A stretch of 64,000 nucleotides of DNA from Azolla caroliniana (lineage: Eukaryota; Plantae; Polypodiophyta), in the NCBI GenBank assembly GCA_043228905.1, contig JBHGNT010000010.1:21638001-21702000 (forward strand), in the 5' to 3' direction. The first letter of the stretch is position 1; the number at the start of each line of letters is the position of its first letter. The notes under the pieces were generated by a model. That model searched no databases. It worked only from the letters and a program-made list of their open reading frames with translations, and was not told the origin of the DNA. The position numbers and the translations under genes were made by a program. This document shows positions 1 through 10,150 of this stretch, piece after piece.

Positions 1-103
1 GTACCTACCTACTTACTATACAACGAAAAGTGTGCTCGCGTGTAAGGGCCGGTTTACACATGCTAAACTCGGTTTCCGCCTAGGGACGGTTTTCTTCACG
101 ACA
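1..103 (-). mobile_element. Start of an LTR (minus strand) of a Gypsy element related to the 2742-9903 family; continues beyond the left edge
   Basis: The reverse complement from 103 reads TGTCGTGAAGAAAACCGTCCC, versus TGTCGTGAAGAAAACCGCCC at 2742 and 9188. It interrupts the chromovirus integrase right after ...LDLVQRSFWWPR. The flanking 4 bp are ACGG (104-107). Confidence 0.8.
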
Positions 104-2260
104 ACGGGGCCACCAAAATGATCGTTGTACTAAATCTAATGTTTTAGTACTACCAAAATGCCCAACTGTATATGTGTCATGACAGTTTTGGACTACTCGA
201 ATGCGGAAAGAACCATTAGGAACATACAAGAGTTCATTAAAGAATAGTAATCCATCATGCTATTTGAATTGTCGATAGTCCGTACCTGGTGGTTGCGACT
301 GTGAACAAGATGCTCGAGAGGGATCAATTTGTGCTAGAATGGCTTGGGCGAAAGCATCGGTCTTCAAGTCCTCACGTATAGTATCGATAACGTGGGAATC
401 CATTGGCATGCCAAAGACCTGTGTTGCTTGCAGTCGTGTCGGTCCCAAGATTACTTGCTTTTGGTTATCAAAAGTTGGCTCACCGGGACGCGGTGCTACG
501 TACGAACGCCATGATAATGCATCTACCTTCCCTTGGTGCTTCCCCAGACGATATGTAATTTTGAAGTCGAAACGCGTGAGGAAGTGGGCCCACCGAGCTT
601 GATGTCAATTTAACACACGAACATCCTGCAAGTAGGCAAGGTTTTTGTGGTCACTGAATACGATGACTTGATGAGAGGATCCCTCTAGAAAATGCCTCCA
701 TTGCGTAAAAGAGTCCACTATTGCCAATAGCTCCTTATCATGAATTTCGTAGTTGATTTCTGCGGCGTCAAACTTGCGTGAGTGAAAAGCCACAGGATGT
801 AGCTTCTCATCATTACCCCGTTGTGACAGAATGCTCCCCAATGCGAAATCCGATGTGTCTGCTTCGATAATGAATGGTTTTTCTGGATCGACATGAGCTA
901 GAATTGGAGCCGATGTAAATGCCTTTTTAAGACTCTCGAAAGCCATGTCCGCTTCCTTAGACCAAACAAACGATTGTCCCTTCCTGGTAAGCTGTGTGAG
1001 AGGCAGAACGAGCTTTGAGTAATCTTGTATGAACTTCCGGTAAAAATTGGCAAAGCCTAAAAAGCATTGCACATCTCGCACCAAATGCGGAGTCTGCCAC
1101 TCTACCACAGTTTTGACCTTAGCTGGGTCCATGGAGATGCCTTCTGAGGAAATGACATAGCCTAGAAATTCCACCTGGTTGCACCCAAAACTACATTTTT
1201 CCATCTTTGCATAAAGACCATGTACTCGAAGTCGTTTTAGTACTAACAATACATGAGAATCATGCTCTTCTTGGGTCTTCGAATAAACCAGTAGATCATC
1301 CAAATAGATGATCAAACAAACATCCAAGAGATCTCGGAATATATCATTTGCCATGTGCTGGAAGACTGTTGGCGCATTAGTGAGGCCGAACGGCATGACT
1401 GTATACTCGAAGTGCCCATATTTGGTGAGAAACGCGGTCTTCCATTCATCTCCTGGTCGGATCTGTACGAGGTTATAGGCTCCCCATAAGTCGATCTTTG
1501 TGAAGAACCTGGCACCATTGATCCGTTCTAAAAGACTTGAGATAAGGGGAAGTGCATACCTATTTCTGATTGTCACCTTATTCAAGCCATAGTAATCTAC
1601 AACGAGACGAAGTGATCCATCCTTTTTCTTGACAAAGAAAATGGGTGCGCCGGCTGGAGATTTCGAATGTCGAATGAAACCATTTTCCAAATTCTCCTCT
1701 ATATAGGCTCACAGGACTTCTAGCTCGGTTGGTGACAAATTGTAGATCGGTCCCCATGGTGGCTCTTTCCCCGGTTGTAAATCGATGGGGCAATCATACG
1801 GTCGATGGTGAGGAAGCGTATTGGCTTGTACTTTATCGAACACATCGGCATAATGATGATACTTCTTTGGAAGTTGAATGGTGGACTCTTCTTTAATTGT
1901 GTCTGAGGGCTTTATTGATATTGCGAAGAGAAACATTTCTTCCTTGCGTCCTTCTTCCCGCAACTGATGTAGAGAAATGGTTGCAATCTCATGAGTAGAC
2001 CCTCGGGCTTTTCGATACTGGATTTCTCTTGTTCTCCAATCTATGTCTGGGTTATGTAATTCGAACCATGGTAATCCTAAAACAATGGGGTGTTTGGGAT
2101 GCTAATTATATTAAATGATACTACACATGCTAGATTATCTAGGACAATATTAACGGGCTCTAACTCTTCTATTATATTTCCGGAAGCAATGGAACGACCA
2201 TCAATGACTACTACAGAGGCTGGACACGGGAGTTTTCTGAGAGATATCTGATGAGCTTGG
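104..2260 (-). pseudogene. Chromovirus pol (partial PR, RT, RNase H, integrase N-terminus) with stops and frameshifts
   Basis: ORFs 2077-2289, 1709-1963, 605-1690 (FTKIDL...YLDD...DTSDFALG...HDKELLAIV) and 260-448. Confidence 0.9.
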
Positions 2261-2741
2261 GCAAAACCATAATGAAATTGCTCCATCAATGCGTGATCAT
2301 CCCAAGGGATATCGGTAGCGAGTAGGCGGAAATCTGCAGCGTATGCGGAGGCTGGACGGTCACCTTGGCGTAATCGCCGGATTTTGTTGATTGCAGTCCT
2401 TATGCTGTCAGTATCTCCAAACAGGCCTTAAACTCACTTATAAATTCTTCAAAACTATTTAGTAATGGAGATTCCTTTTCCAACAATGGAGCAAACCATG
2501 CTAACGTTGAGCCACTAAGGAGAGTGCCTACTAGTCCCACTCGTGATGTATCGGTGGGATATCGAGAAGGATTCATTTGTATCACTAAATGTACCTGATT
2601 CAAAAACCCTCTAAACTGTGCTCGGGTCCCATCAAATTTTGCAGGAAGACCGATCTTGGGTTCTTTGTGAATCCCTTGAGTCCTTGATCCTTGTTGTTGT
2701 AATGATACAATAGTCGCTTCGAGTTGTTGTACACATAACGT

Positions 2742-3457
2742 TGTCGTGAAGAAAACCGCCCACAAGAGGAATCGAAGGAACAAGGCGTGGGAAACGGCTC
2801 TACACACACACGCGCGCCAAGAAGTACCTAAGGACGAAGTAGGTACATACGAGGATCCTAGGTGGGTAGATTCGGTTGGTATGCAGTTAATGCCAAACGG
2901 CCTCTTGACGGGCTATAAAAGGAAGAGGAAGAATAGAAGTGGGGCATCTCCCGCGGAGAGGACGAAGTGCTGCCGAACCGATTTCGGAGCTTCTCTCTCA
3001 CTCCTGCTCTCTCTGTCTTCTGCTCCATCGCGTACCTGTGCAGGTTTCGAGGAGGCTTGCGCTGTTCCGTGGAACGCCCGAGTGCGTCCTGCAGCACCTC
3101 CGACCTGTTTTCCCTTTCTGTGCGTCGCGACATACAGGGGTCGGCAGCTGTTCGCCGCCCTGTTCGTTTTCGTTAGTATCTGTTTTGTGCCCCACCGTGG
3201 GTTGTAATACTTTAGTCTGTTATTTTCTTGCATTCATAAGTACATATCTCTCGTTGTTGCGTCCATCTGCGTCGGCGTTTATTTGTGATCTCTGTTTGTT
3301 GGGCCGTGTCCCTGTGCAATCGTCGGTTCGGCGCAATCGGATCTTCGGTTCTGTGTAATCGGGTCTCTCTCTCTTACTCCTCTCTCTCTTGCTCTTCGGT
3401 TCGAGACCCCCGTGGTCCCTCCTCCTTTCTACACGCGAGGGCGTAGTAACCCCGACA
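2742..3457 (+). repeat. 5' LTR (716 bp)
   Basis: Direct repeat of 9188-9903; I found one mismatch (A2775/G9221). TATA-like CTATAAAA near 2913. Confidence 0.97.
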
Positions 3458-3460
3458 TCT

Positions 3461-3478
3461 TGGTGAACCCGACGTGAA
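3461..3478 (+). promoter_or_regulatory. Primer-binding site complementary to the tRNA-Trp 3' end
   Basis: TGGTGAACCCGACGTGAA lies 3 nt after the LTR. It is the reverse complement of ...TTCACGTCGGGTTCACCA, the 3' end of plant cytosolic tRNA-Trp as I recall it. Confidence 0.88.
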
Positions 3479-3500
3479 AGAGGCGGCAGAAGAGTGGGAA

Positions 3501-5627
3501 ATGAAGGGGGCGGATCTTGCAGAGGCCATGGCTTCGGCCGTGGATCGGATAGTAAGCGCGCGCGAGGGCACCGGCGCCCTCGATAGAGCTATTGAGGCGG
3601 TCGTCGGAACGATCGGTCGATTCACCGGAAAAGATGCCACGAAGTACCTGGCGTCCTACGGTGCGGAAATGTTAATGCGGGACATTCCGGAAGACAGGCG
3701 TCTGGCCGGTTTTCCCCGAGTGGCGATGCCGAGCATCCACGCGGAGGTGCTCGAGGTGCGGGCGGAGAGCCGTACCTGGGAGGAGTTCGAAGGTCGGCTC
3801 CTGGAAAAATACGGACTGGACGACGCGCTCCGGCTTTCGAAGCGAAGCTTCATGGAGTGGGTGGAGTCTCCCGGGAAAGGAAGGACTGCGTCGGCACTCC
3901 TCCGGGAGTTCGAGGAGAACTTCGCGCGCCTTTCGGCGCTTGACAGGATGGTCCTGGATACAAGCCGGGTCCTGCTGTTCGTCAAATCGGTTGACGAGAG
4001 GGATCGGAGTCACGTGGGCGCCCTGCTAGAAACCGAAGATGGGCTGACAGCCGACTGGGCGGCGGTCAAGAGAGCCTGCGGCCGTTTCGACAAACGGCGA
4101 GAATGGGAGGATGACAGAGCAACCGGGTCGGGCTCAGTCGCGGCGAGGAAACTCGAGCCGGCGCAGCCGGTGCGAAGGGAAGAGACTCGGGAGTGGCTGG
4201 AATCCGGTTCGGCTCCGACCGGCGTGATCGGAGGCTCGACTGGGGGAGCTGCGTTGGAGGAACTGACGAGGGCGATAAAAGACCTCCAAATCGCACAAGC
4301 CCGCAGAGAAGGCGGAGGACCTGCTCGTGACCGACGGCCGGCGGCAGGGAACAGGTGCATGTGGTGCGACGGGGTCGGCCACATCCGAAAAGACTGCGGC
4401 GATTTCGCAGAGGCGCTGAGGATACGGGTGGTGTACCTATGGGAAGGCCGGGTTCACGCCAACGACACGAGAAGGGCCCTAAACCGAAACGACGGGCGAG
4501 GCGGAATGAAGAGGTTGATGGAAGAGGCGGCGGCCCGACATGCGGAAACCGTCCACTACTCGGCGTCGGCCGGCATTCGAGTCGGGGGCGGCGAGGCCCG
4601 AAAGGAAAGCAAAGCCGGATTCTGGCCGACGATGCTGGAAGGCCTTGCCGGTGCAGGGCTTAAAAGGGAGGAATCGGACCGTGCGGAGAAACGGGTACGG
4701 GAGATGACCGGGTGGAGCGACCCGGTCGAGGAAAAGACGGGCTTCGTGGAAGCCGCTTGCCGGAACTACGAGGCTCTGGTAGAAGAGAAGCAGGTGGGGA
4801 AACCCGGGACGACCGGGCCCTCACAACGATACGAGACCCGGTCCGGGCCACGACGGGACGAAGCCGGCGGGGCCGGTACGCAAGATAAACCCCAGAAGGG
4901 CGGGTACCGTCTGGGGACGGAGATAGAAAGAACCACGGACTTACGAAAGGTCCTGGAGGAACGGATCCTCGACAGCAAGGTGGAGCTGTCGCTACGGGAG
5001 GTGCTGGGAATCGCCAAGAAGGAGTTCCACGACTCCATCGTGGACTTGGTGAAACGGAAGAGGCTGTCAACGGAGACAGAACCGGAAAGACCGGTGGAAG
5101 TGCGGACGACGCACCTAGACGACATGGCGCTGGAAGACGAGTGGGCGGAGAGCCACTATTCGCGGCCACACTGGGCCCGAGCGACCACGGAAACCCCGGT
5201 AAAGATCGGCGATGTCCAGGAACCGGTAGTAGCTTTGGTGGACCACGGATCGGAAATCAACCTGATGTCCATGGACTTCTATAAGAAGGGCAAATGGCCG
5301 ATCAACACCAAGCACGGGTGGAAGATAAGGGCGGCGACGCGCGCCACCGAGGAACTTCACGGGGCCTGCCCGAATGTACGGGTCAAGATCGGCGATGTCG
5401 AGATAGACCAGCACTTCTTCGTGCAGGAGTCGTCATCGCACCCCGTCATACTGGGAGAGCCGTACATCACGACGTCTCGAATGGAGACCAAGGTGCTGGA
5501 CAACGGTTCGGCCTATGCGCGGGTCAAGAGCCAGGACGGGCGCCATTCGGTCCAGTTTTTGACGGTTAGGCCGAACCACGAGCGTAACCGCGACTCCCTC
5601 GGTTCCGATAACCGAGAGGATTTTTAG
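3501..5627 (+). CDS. gag: Gag-protease polyprotein (ORF1)
   Basis: First ATG at 3501. CCHC knuckle CMWCDGVGHIRKDC. C-terminal aspartic protease with ALVDHGSEIN...VILGEP. Confidence 0.9.
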   Translation: MKGADLAEAMASAVDRIVSAREGTGALDRAIEAVVGTIGRFTGKDATKYLASYGAEMLMRDIPEDRRLAGFPRVAMPSIHAEVLEVRAESRTWEEFEGRLLEKYGLDDALRLSKRSFMEWVESPGKGRTASALLREFEENFARLSALDRMVLDTSRVLLFVKSVDERDRSHVGALLETEDGLTADWAAVKRACGRFDKRREWEDDRATGSGSVAARKLEPAQPVRREETREWLESGSAPTGVIGGSTGGAALEELTRAIKDLQIAQARREGGGPARDRRPAAGNRCMWCDGVGHIRKDCGDFAEALRIRVVYLWEGRVHANDTRRALNRNDGRGGMKRLMEEAAARHAETVHYSASAGIRVGGGEARKESKAGFWPTMLEGLAGAGLKREESDRAEKRVREMTGWSDPVEEKTGFVEAACRNYEALVEEKQVGKPGTTGPSQRYETRSGPRRDEAGGAGTQDKPQKGGYRLGTEIERTTDLRKVLEERILDSKVELSLREVLGIAKKEFHDSIVDLVKRKRLSTETEPERPVEVRTTHLDDMALEDEWAESHYSRPHWARATTETPVKIGDVQEPVVALVDHGSEINLMSMDFYKKGKWPINTKHGWKIRAATRATEELHGACPNVRVKIGDVEIDQHFFVQESSSHPVILGEPYITTSRMETKVLDNGSAYARVKSQDGRHSVQFLTVRPNHERNRDSLGSDNREDF

Positions 5628-5686
5628 AGAGGGCTGCCAAGGCGTGGGGCCGCGACAGTCCGGACACCCCGGGGAAACCCCACACC
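5618..5686 (+). promoter_or_regulatory. -1 programmed ribosomal frameshift signal (slippery heptamer plus predicted pseudoknot)
   Basis: G GAT TTT (5618-5624) is in phase just before the ORF1 stop. A 6-nt spacer follows. Stem GGGCTG/CAGTCC, with loop GGCGTGGGG pairing to CCCCACACC. The -1 frame is open into pol. Confidence 0.8.
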
Positions 5687-8600
5687 TGTACGATAAAACC
5701 GAAGAAACCTTGTACCATAGGTAGGGAATTTTTGTTCTCCGACAGCGGAGCGTGTAAGATAGTCGGCATCGGCGGCCGAGAGAAGACAAAGGCGGAGGGG
5801 AGACTTCGAGCGTGCGGAGTTCTCGGCCCGGACGAGGAAATCAACGGAGCCGTGGAGGCGGTCTCATTCGACGACACCTTGGGAATGCTGGGAAAGGTAG
5901 TCGAAGAAGGCCTTAACGAAGACCGGACGATACCGGTGTGTTCCGAGGAGATGTACGAAGTCATCGCGGACTTCGGTCGAGGGCTCGAGTCAGTTCGGAC
6001 GGCCCACGTAAGCACCAAGTACAAGACGGTGGACCGGAAGGTAAGGCCAGTCGCGGCACCCTTACCGGAGGACAGCGCGTCGAGAATCAAAGGGGTTGCA
6101 TCGGACCCTAGTCTACGAGATCCGGCCTGCATAGGGCACACCTTCACCGACGAGACGCTCCGAGAGCTCAAAATAGGTGGGGGCGGGTTCCTACTGCCGG
6201 CGGAGGAAGACCGGTTTCGGAGAATGCTCGGAAGGCACGGGAAAGCCTTCGCATTCTCGCCGGAGGAAATCGGGTGCGTTGACCCGACGATCGTGGAGCC
6301 GATGGTGATATTCACGGTACCGCATGTACCATGGAATCTCAAGCCAATCCCGGTTCCGAGAGCTCACATCCCGAAGTTGATGGAGCTGCTGAGGCAGAAA
6401 GTTGATATGGGAATTCTCGAGCCGTCGAGCGCCCCATATTCGAATCGATGGTTTACCGTACCGAAGAAAAACGGTTCGTTGCGCTTCATCCAGGACCTGC
6501 AGCCGGTCAATCGAGTGACCATTCGGAACGCAGGGATCGGACCGACCATAGACGAGTTCGCGGAGGCCTTCGCCGGAAGGTCAATTTACTCGGTCGGGGA
6601 TCTATACTCAGGGTACGACCAGTTCCAGCTAGCCGTGGAGAGCAGAGACATTACGACGATGCGAACTCCCCTCGGCCTAGTTCGGATGTGTACACTGCCG
6701 CAAGGAGGGACCAACTCGGTGGCCCACATGGTGAATGCGATGAACAAGGTTCTGAGGGACTGTATCCCGGACATCACCATGCCGTTTCTGGACGACATCC
6801 CGATCAAGGGATGCCCGGTGGAAGAAAAGGACGAGACGATCGGGCCGGACGGATGCCGGCGATTCGTGGCGACGCACATCGACGACTGCGAGAAGGTGCT
6901 GCAAAGGCTAGAGGATGCGAGACTCACCTTCTCCGGGGAGAAGTCGGCCTTCGGGCAGTCAGAAATCATGGTGGTCGGACACCTGTGCGGACCATATGGC
7001 CGGAAACCGTCTCCGGCAAAGGTAGAAGCCATCTCCGCGATGAAGCCCGACTGCAGCTCGGTCACGGAAGTACGGAGATTCCTGGGGGCATGCGCGTTCT
7101 ACCATATATGGATCCCGCATTACGCACACGTCGCGGAGCGACTGTACGGGTTGCTGAAAAAGGGGCGAAGGTTCGAATGGCTAGACGAGCACGCGGAATC
7201 GGTCCGGAAGCTGAAAGAGGCCCTTGCAGCGGCACCGGCACTCCGGAAGGCGGTATACGGGAAGGGTACCCCGGTATTCATAACGGTGGATACCAGTCCG
7301 ACCGGGATCGGATGGGTCGTGAACCAGGAAGACGAGGACGGCAATCGGTTTCCGATCCGATTCGGCGCGAAAGTCCTCAGTGAACGGCAGCGAGGATACG
7401 CCCAGGTTAAACGCGAACTCTGGGGTATTGTTTCGGCGGTTAAGGCCGACAAAGACTACCTGATAGGGACGGAAGTGATCATCGAGACGGATTGCCTGCC
7501 GATTCTCGGTATGGTTTCCGGATGCGCGACTCCGGACCTGGCGATGCTCAGGTGGATAGCGTACATCAAGTCCCTGGACCCGGAAATACGACACATTTCC
7601 GGGAAAGACAACGCCATGGCCGACATGCTTTCGAGGGCGAGGTTCGACGACGAGGGCGGCATGGTTTCGGAAGACGAAGAAGTCGGCGTGGATTTCTTCG
7701 AGGCGGCATACATAACGACCGACGGGGTGAGCACTCCGGCGCTTAACGAGTTCGACGCGAGCAAGTACGACGGGGAGTGGCTGCAGATCGGCGGGTTTTT
7801 GAAGACAATGACGCCCGATGCGTCATGGACGAAGGACGAGGCCAACCGGATCCGGAAGAAAGCATATCGATTCTTTCTCCGAGATGGGCATCTATGGAAG
7901 CACCCGAAGAAGAGGGACGGCGTCCCGCTCCGGGTGGTGGCGATGAAGGAAGTACAGGAGGAGCTACTGGCGGCCTACCACGACAGCCCTTGGGCTGGAC
8001 ACCGTGGAACGTGGGCGACGTTTGAGAAGCTGAAGGGGAAGTACTGGTGGCCGGGATTGTACCGGGACGTGCATCGGTTCGTGTCAACTTGCGAGAGTTG
8101 TCAGATGCACTCGATAGTCCGACACCGGGACGGGCTTCACCCTACGTACCCTCCGACTATCCACTTCAAATGGATGGTAGATCTGGTGACGATGCCGATG
8201 GGGGTAGGACAGATGCGGTATCTGGTCCTAGCGCGGGAAGACCTGACGAACCAGGTGGAAGGCCGAGCCCTTCAGAACAAGACGACCGCGGCCGTGTGTC
8301 GGTTCCTAGTCGAGGACGTGATATGCCGGTACGGGTGCGTCGGGAAGATCGTGGCTGACCGAGGGGAGTTGGACGCCGAGGAAGCCGCGGAGCTGTTCGA
8401 TCGGCTGGGAGTCAAACTCTCGCTCACCACTGCGTACAACCCGGAGGCGAATGGAAAGGTGGAGCGCGGACACGGGCCGATCGTTAAGGCGCTGGTTCGG
8501 GCATGCGGAGGCCAAGTCGGTAACTGGCCGCGACTTCTACCTTATGCTTTGTGGGCAGACCGGACCACGCACAGTTCGGTAACCGGGTACATGCCGACGG

Positions 8601-9115
8601 AGCTCATGTTCGGCCAGAAGCCGATCATGCCGATTGAACGGACGATCTCCTCGTGGGCAACGGTCGACTGGAGGGACGAGATGAGCCGGGAGGAGTTGTT
8701 GGCCGCACGTATACGACAGCTCGAGCGGAGACCGGAGGACGTGGCACTGGCTACGGAGAAGCTCCGGGTGGCGAGGACAAAGAACAAAGCCCGGTTCGAC
8801 CGAACGCACCGGCTACGACCGAAGAAAATCGACGAAGGTGACTGGGTGCTCGTCTACGACAGCAGCCTCGACAACCAGCACCGAGCAACGCGGAAGTTCG
8901 CACGGAGATGGTTCGGGCCGTACACGGTACAGAGCGCCAACGACAACGGGACGTATCATCTGGCGGAGCTCGACGGTACGAGAATAGCGATACCCGTGGC
9001 CGGGAAGAGGATCAAAGCTTTCAAGAAGCGGCACGACGACGAACCCGACCCGATTCTCCTGGACAGCAGCGACGACCGATCCGAGGCCGAGGAAGGGCCG
9101 GCAGGCGAAGAGTAG
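5618..9115 (+). CDS. pol: Pol (RT, RNase H, integrase), in the -1 frame relative to ORF1
   Basis: RT (DLYSGYDQ...LPQG...FLDD), RNase H (VDTS...RELWG...ETD...ADMLSR), integrase HHCC, D-D-E core and GPY motif. No chromodomain. The frame is open from 5618 without an early ATG. Confidence 0.93.
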   Translation, partial: GFLERAAKAWGRDSPDTPGKPHTCTIKPKKPCTIGREFLFSDSGACKIVGIGGREKTKAEGRLRACGVLGPDEEINGAVEAVSFDDTLGMLGKVVEEGLNEDRTIPVCSEEMYEVIADFGRGLESVRTAHVSTKYKTVDRKVRPVAAPLPEDSASRIKGVASDPSLRDPACIGHTFTDETLRELKIGGGGFLLPAEEDRFRRMLGRHGKAFAFSPEEIGCVDPTIVEPMVIFTVPHVPWNLKPIPVPRAHIPKLMELLRQKVDMGILEPSSAPYSNRWFTVPKKNGSLRFIQDLQPVNRVTIRNAGIGPTIDEFAEAFAGRSIYSVGDLYSGYDQFQLAVESRDITTMRTPLGLVRMCTLPQGGTNSVAHMVNAMNKVLRDCIPDITMPFLDDIPIKGCPVEEKDETIGPDGCRRFVATHIDDCEKVLQRLEDARLTFSGEKSAFGQSEIMVVGHLCGPYGRKPSPAKVEAISAMKPDCSSVTEVRRFLGACAFYHIWIPHYAHVAERLYGLLKKGRRFEWLDEHAESVRKLKEALAAAPALRKAVYGKGTPVFITVDTSPTGIGWVVNQEDEDGNRFPIRFGAKVLSERQRGYAQVKRELWGIVSAVKADKDYLIGTEVIIETDCLPILGMVSGCATPDLAMLRWIAYIKSLDPEIRHISGKDNAMADMLSRARFDDEGGMVSEDEEVGVDFFEAAYITTDGVSTPALNEFDASKYDGEWLQIGGFLKTMTPDASWTKDEANRIRKKAYRFFLRDGHLWKHPKKRDGVPLRVVAMKEVQEELLAAYHDSPWAGHRGTWATFEKLKGKYWWPGLYRDVHRFVSTCESCQMHSIVRHRDGLHPTYPPTIHFKWMVDLVTMPMGVGQMRYLVLAREDLTNQVEGRALQNKTTAAVCRFLVEDVICRYGCVGKIVADRGELDAEEAAELFDRLGVKLSLTTAYNPEANGKVERGHGPIVKALVRACGGQVGNWPRLLPYALWADRTTHSSVTGYMPTELMFGQKPIMPIERTISSWATVDWRDEMSREELLAARIRQLERRPEDVALATEKLRVARTKNKARFDRTHRLRPKKIDEGDWVLVYDSSLDNQHRATRKFARRWFGPYTVQSANDNGTYHLAELDGTRIAIPVAGKRIKAFKKRHDDEPDPILLDSSDDRSEAEEGPAGEE

Positions 9116-9174
9116 AGGCGGGCCGGTTTTCTCCGTGCCAACTTAATTTGGCGCATGCCGGTGGATGCGCGGTT

Positions 9175-9187
9175 AGGTGGGGGCGGA
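9175..9187 (+). promoter_or_regulatory. Polypurine tract
   Basis: AGGTGGGGGCGGA immediately precedes the 3' LTR TG. Confidence 0.7.
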
Positions 9188-9903
9188 TGTCGTGAAGAAA
9201 ACCGCCCACAAGAGGAATCGGAGGAACAAGGCGTGGGAAACGGCTCTACACACACACGCGCGCCAAGAAGTACCTAAGGACGAAGTAGGTACATACGAGG
9301 ATCCTAGGTGGGTAGATTCGGTTGGTATGCAGTTAATGCCAAACGGCCTCTTGACGGGCTATAAAAGGAAGAGGAAGAATAGAAGTGGGGCATCTCCCGC
9401 GGAGAGGACGAAGTGCTGCCGAACCGATTTCGGAGCTTCTCTCTCACTCCTGCTCTCTCTGTCTTCTGCTCCATCGCGTACCTGTGCAGGTTTCGAGGAG
9501 GCTTGCGCTGTTCCGTGGAACGCCCGAGTGCGTCCTGCAGCACCTCCGACCTGTTTTCCCTTTCTGTGCGTCGCGACATACAGGGGTCGGCAGCTGTTCG
9601 CCGCCCTGTTCGTTTTCGTTAGTATCTGTTTTGTGCCCCACCGTGGGTTGTAATACTTTAGTCTGTTATTTTCTTGCATTCATAAGTACATATCTCTCGT
9701 TGTTGCGTCCATCTGCGTCGGCGTTTATTTGTGATCTCTGTTTGTTGGGCCGTGTCCCTGTGCAATCGTCGGTTCGGCGCAATCGGATCTTCGGTTCTGT
9801 GTAATCGGGTCTCTCTCTCTTACTCCTCTCTCTCTTGCTCTTCGGTTCGAGACCCCCGTGGTCCCTCCTCCTTTCTACACGCGAGGGCGTAGTAACCCCG
9901 ACA
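9188..9903 (+). repeat. 3' LTR (716 bp)
   Basis: Near-identical to 2742-3457. Confidence 0.97.
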
Positions 9904-10150
9904 ACGTCAGCTCCCCATGTTGTTGTTTTTCCAGCGCTATTTGTTGAAGATCCCCCAACAAACGATGATTTTCTTGTTCTAGTGCTATAAATTTCTCTTT
10001 TAAGCATTGGAGCTCCAAGAAAACATATTGGTATTCCTGAGTGCTAACAATTTCCATTTTACTAGGGAGGATAAGAGGATTAATAAGAAGATAAAAGGAA
10101 GAGGAGGAAAGGAAGATACGGAAGGAAGAACGAGCAAAATCGGTTCAAAC

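Larger units (their letters stand above)
2742..9903 (+). mobile_element. Intact, very recent non-chromovirus Ty3/Gypsy LTR retrotransposon (tRNA-Trp primed, 4-bp TSD ACGT)
   Basis: Two 716-bp LTRs with TGTCG...CGACA ends. TSD ACGT at 2738-2741 and 9904-9907. PBS, two uninterrupted ORFs in PR-RT-RH-IN order, and a PPT are all present. Confidence 0.97.
2262..10057 (-). pseudogene. Chromovirus gag, split by the 2742-9903 insertion (pieces 9904-10057 and ~2262-2741)
   Basis: MEIVSTQEY...QHGELTL joins in frame to CVQQLEAT...EPKIGLPAKFDG once the insert and one 4-bp TSD are removed. It matches the gag at 50523. Confidence 0.88.

Noticed and set aside
2737-2741. 5-bp TSD AACGT for the intact element
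   Set aside because: It would require the 3' LTR to end in AC rather than CA and to be 1 nt shorter than the 5' LTR. With CA at 9903 only ACGT is duplicated.
2746-3358. Several 65-158 aa ORFs duplicated at 9177-9804
   Set aside because: They lie within the two LTRs. The duplication reflects LTR identity, and they have no protein motifs.
3656-9255. Many antisense and alternate-frame ORFs (up to 311 aa) over the intact Gypsy element
   Set aside because: Expected shadow ORFs in GC-rich coding DNA; none has recognisable motifs or an env-like transmembrane pattern.
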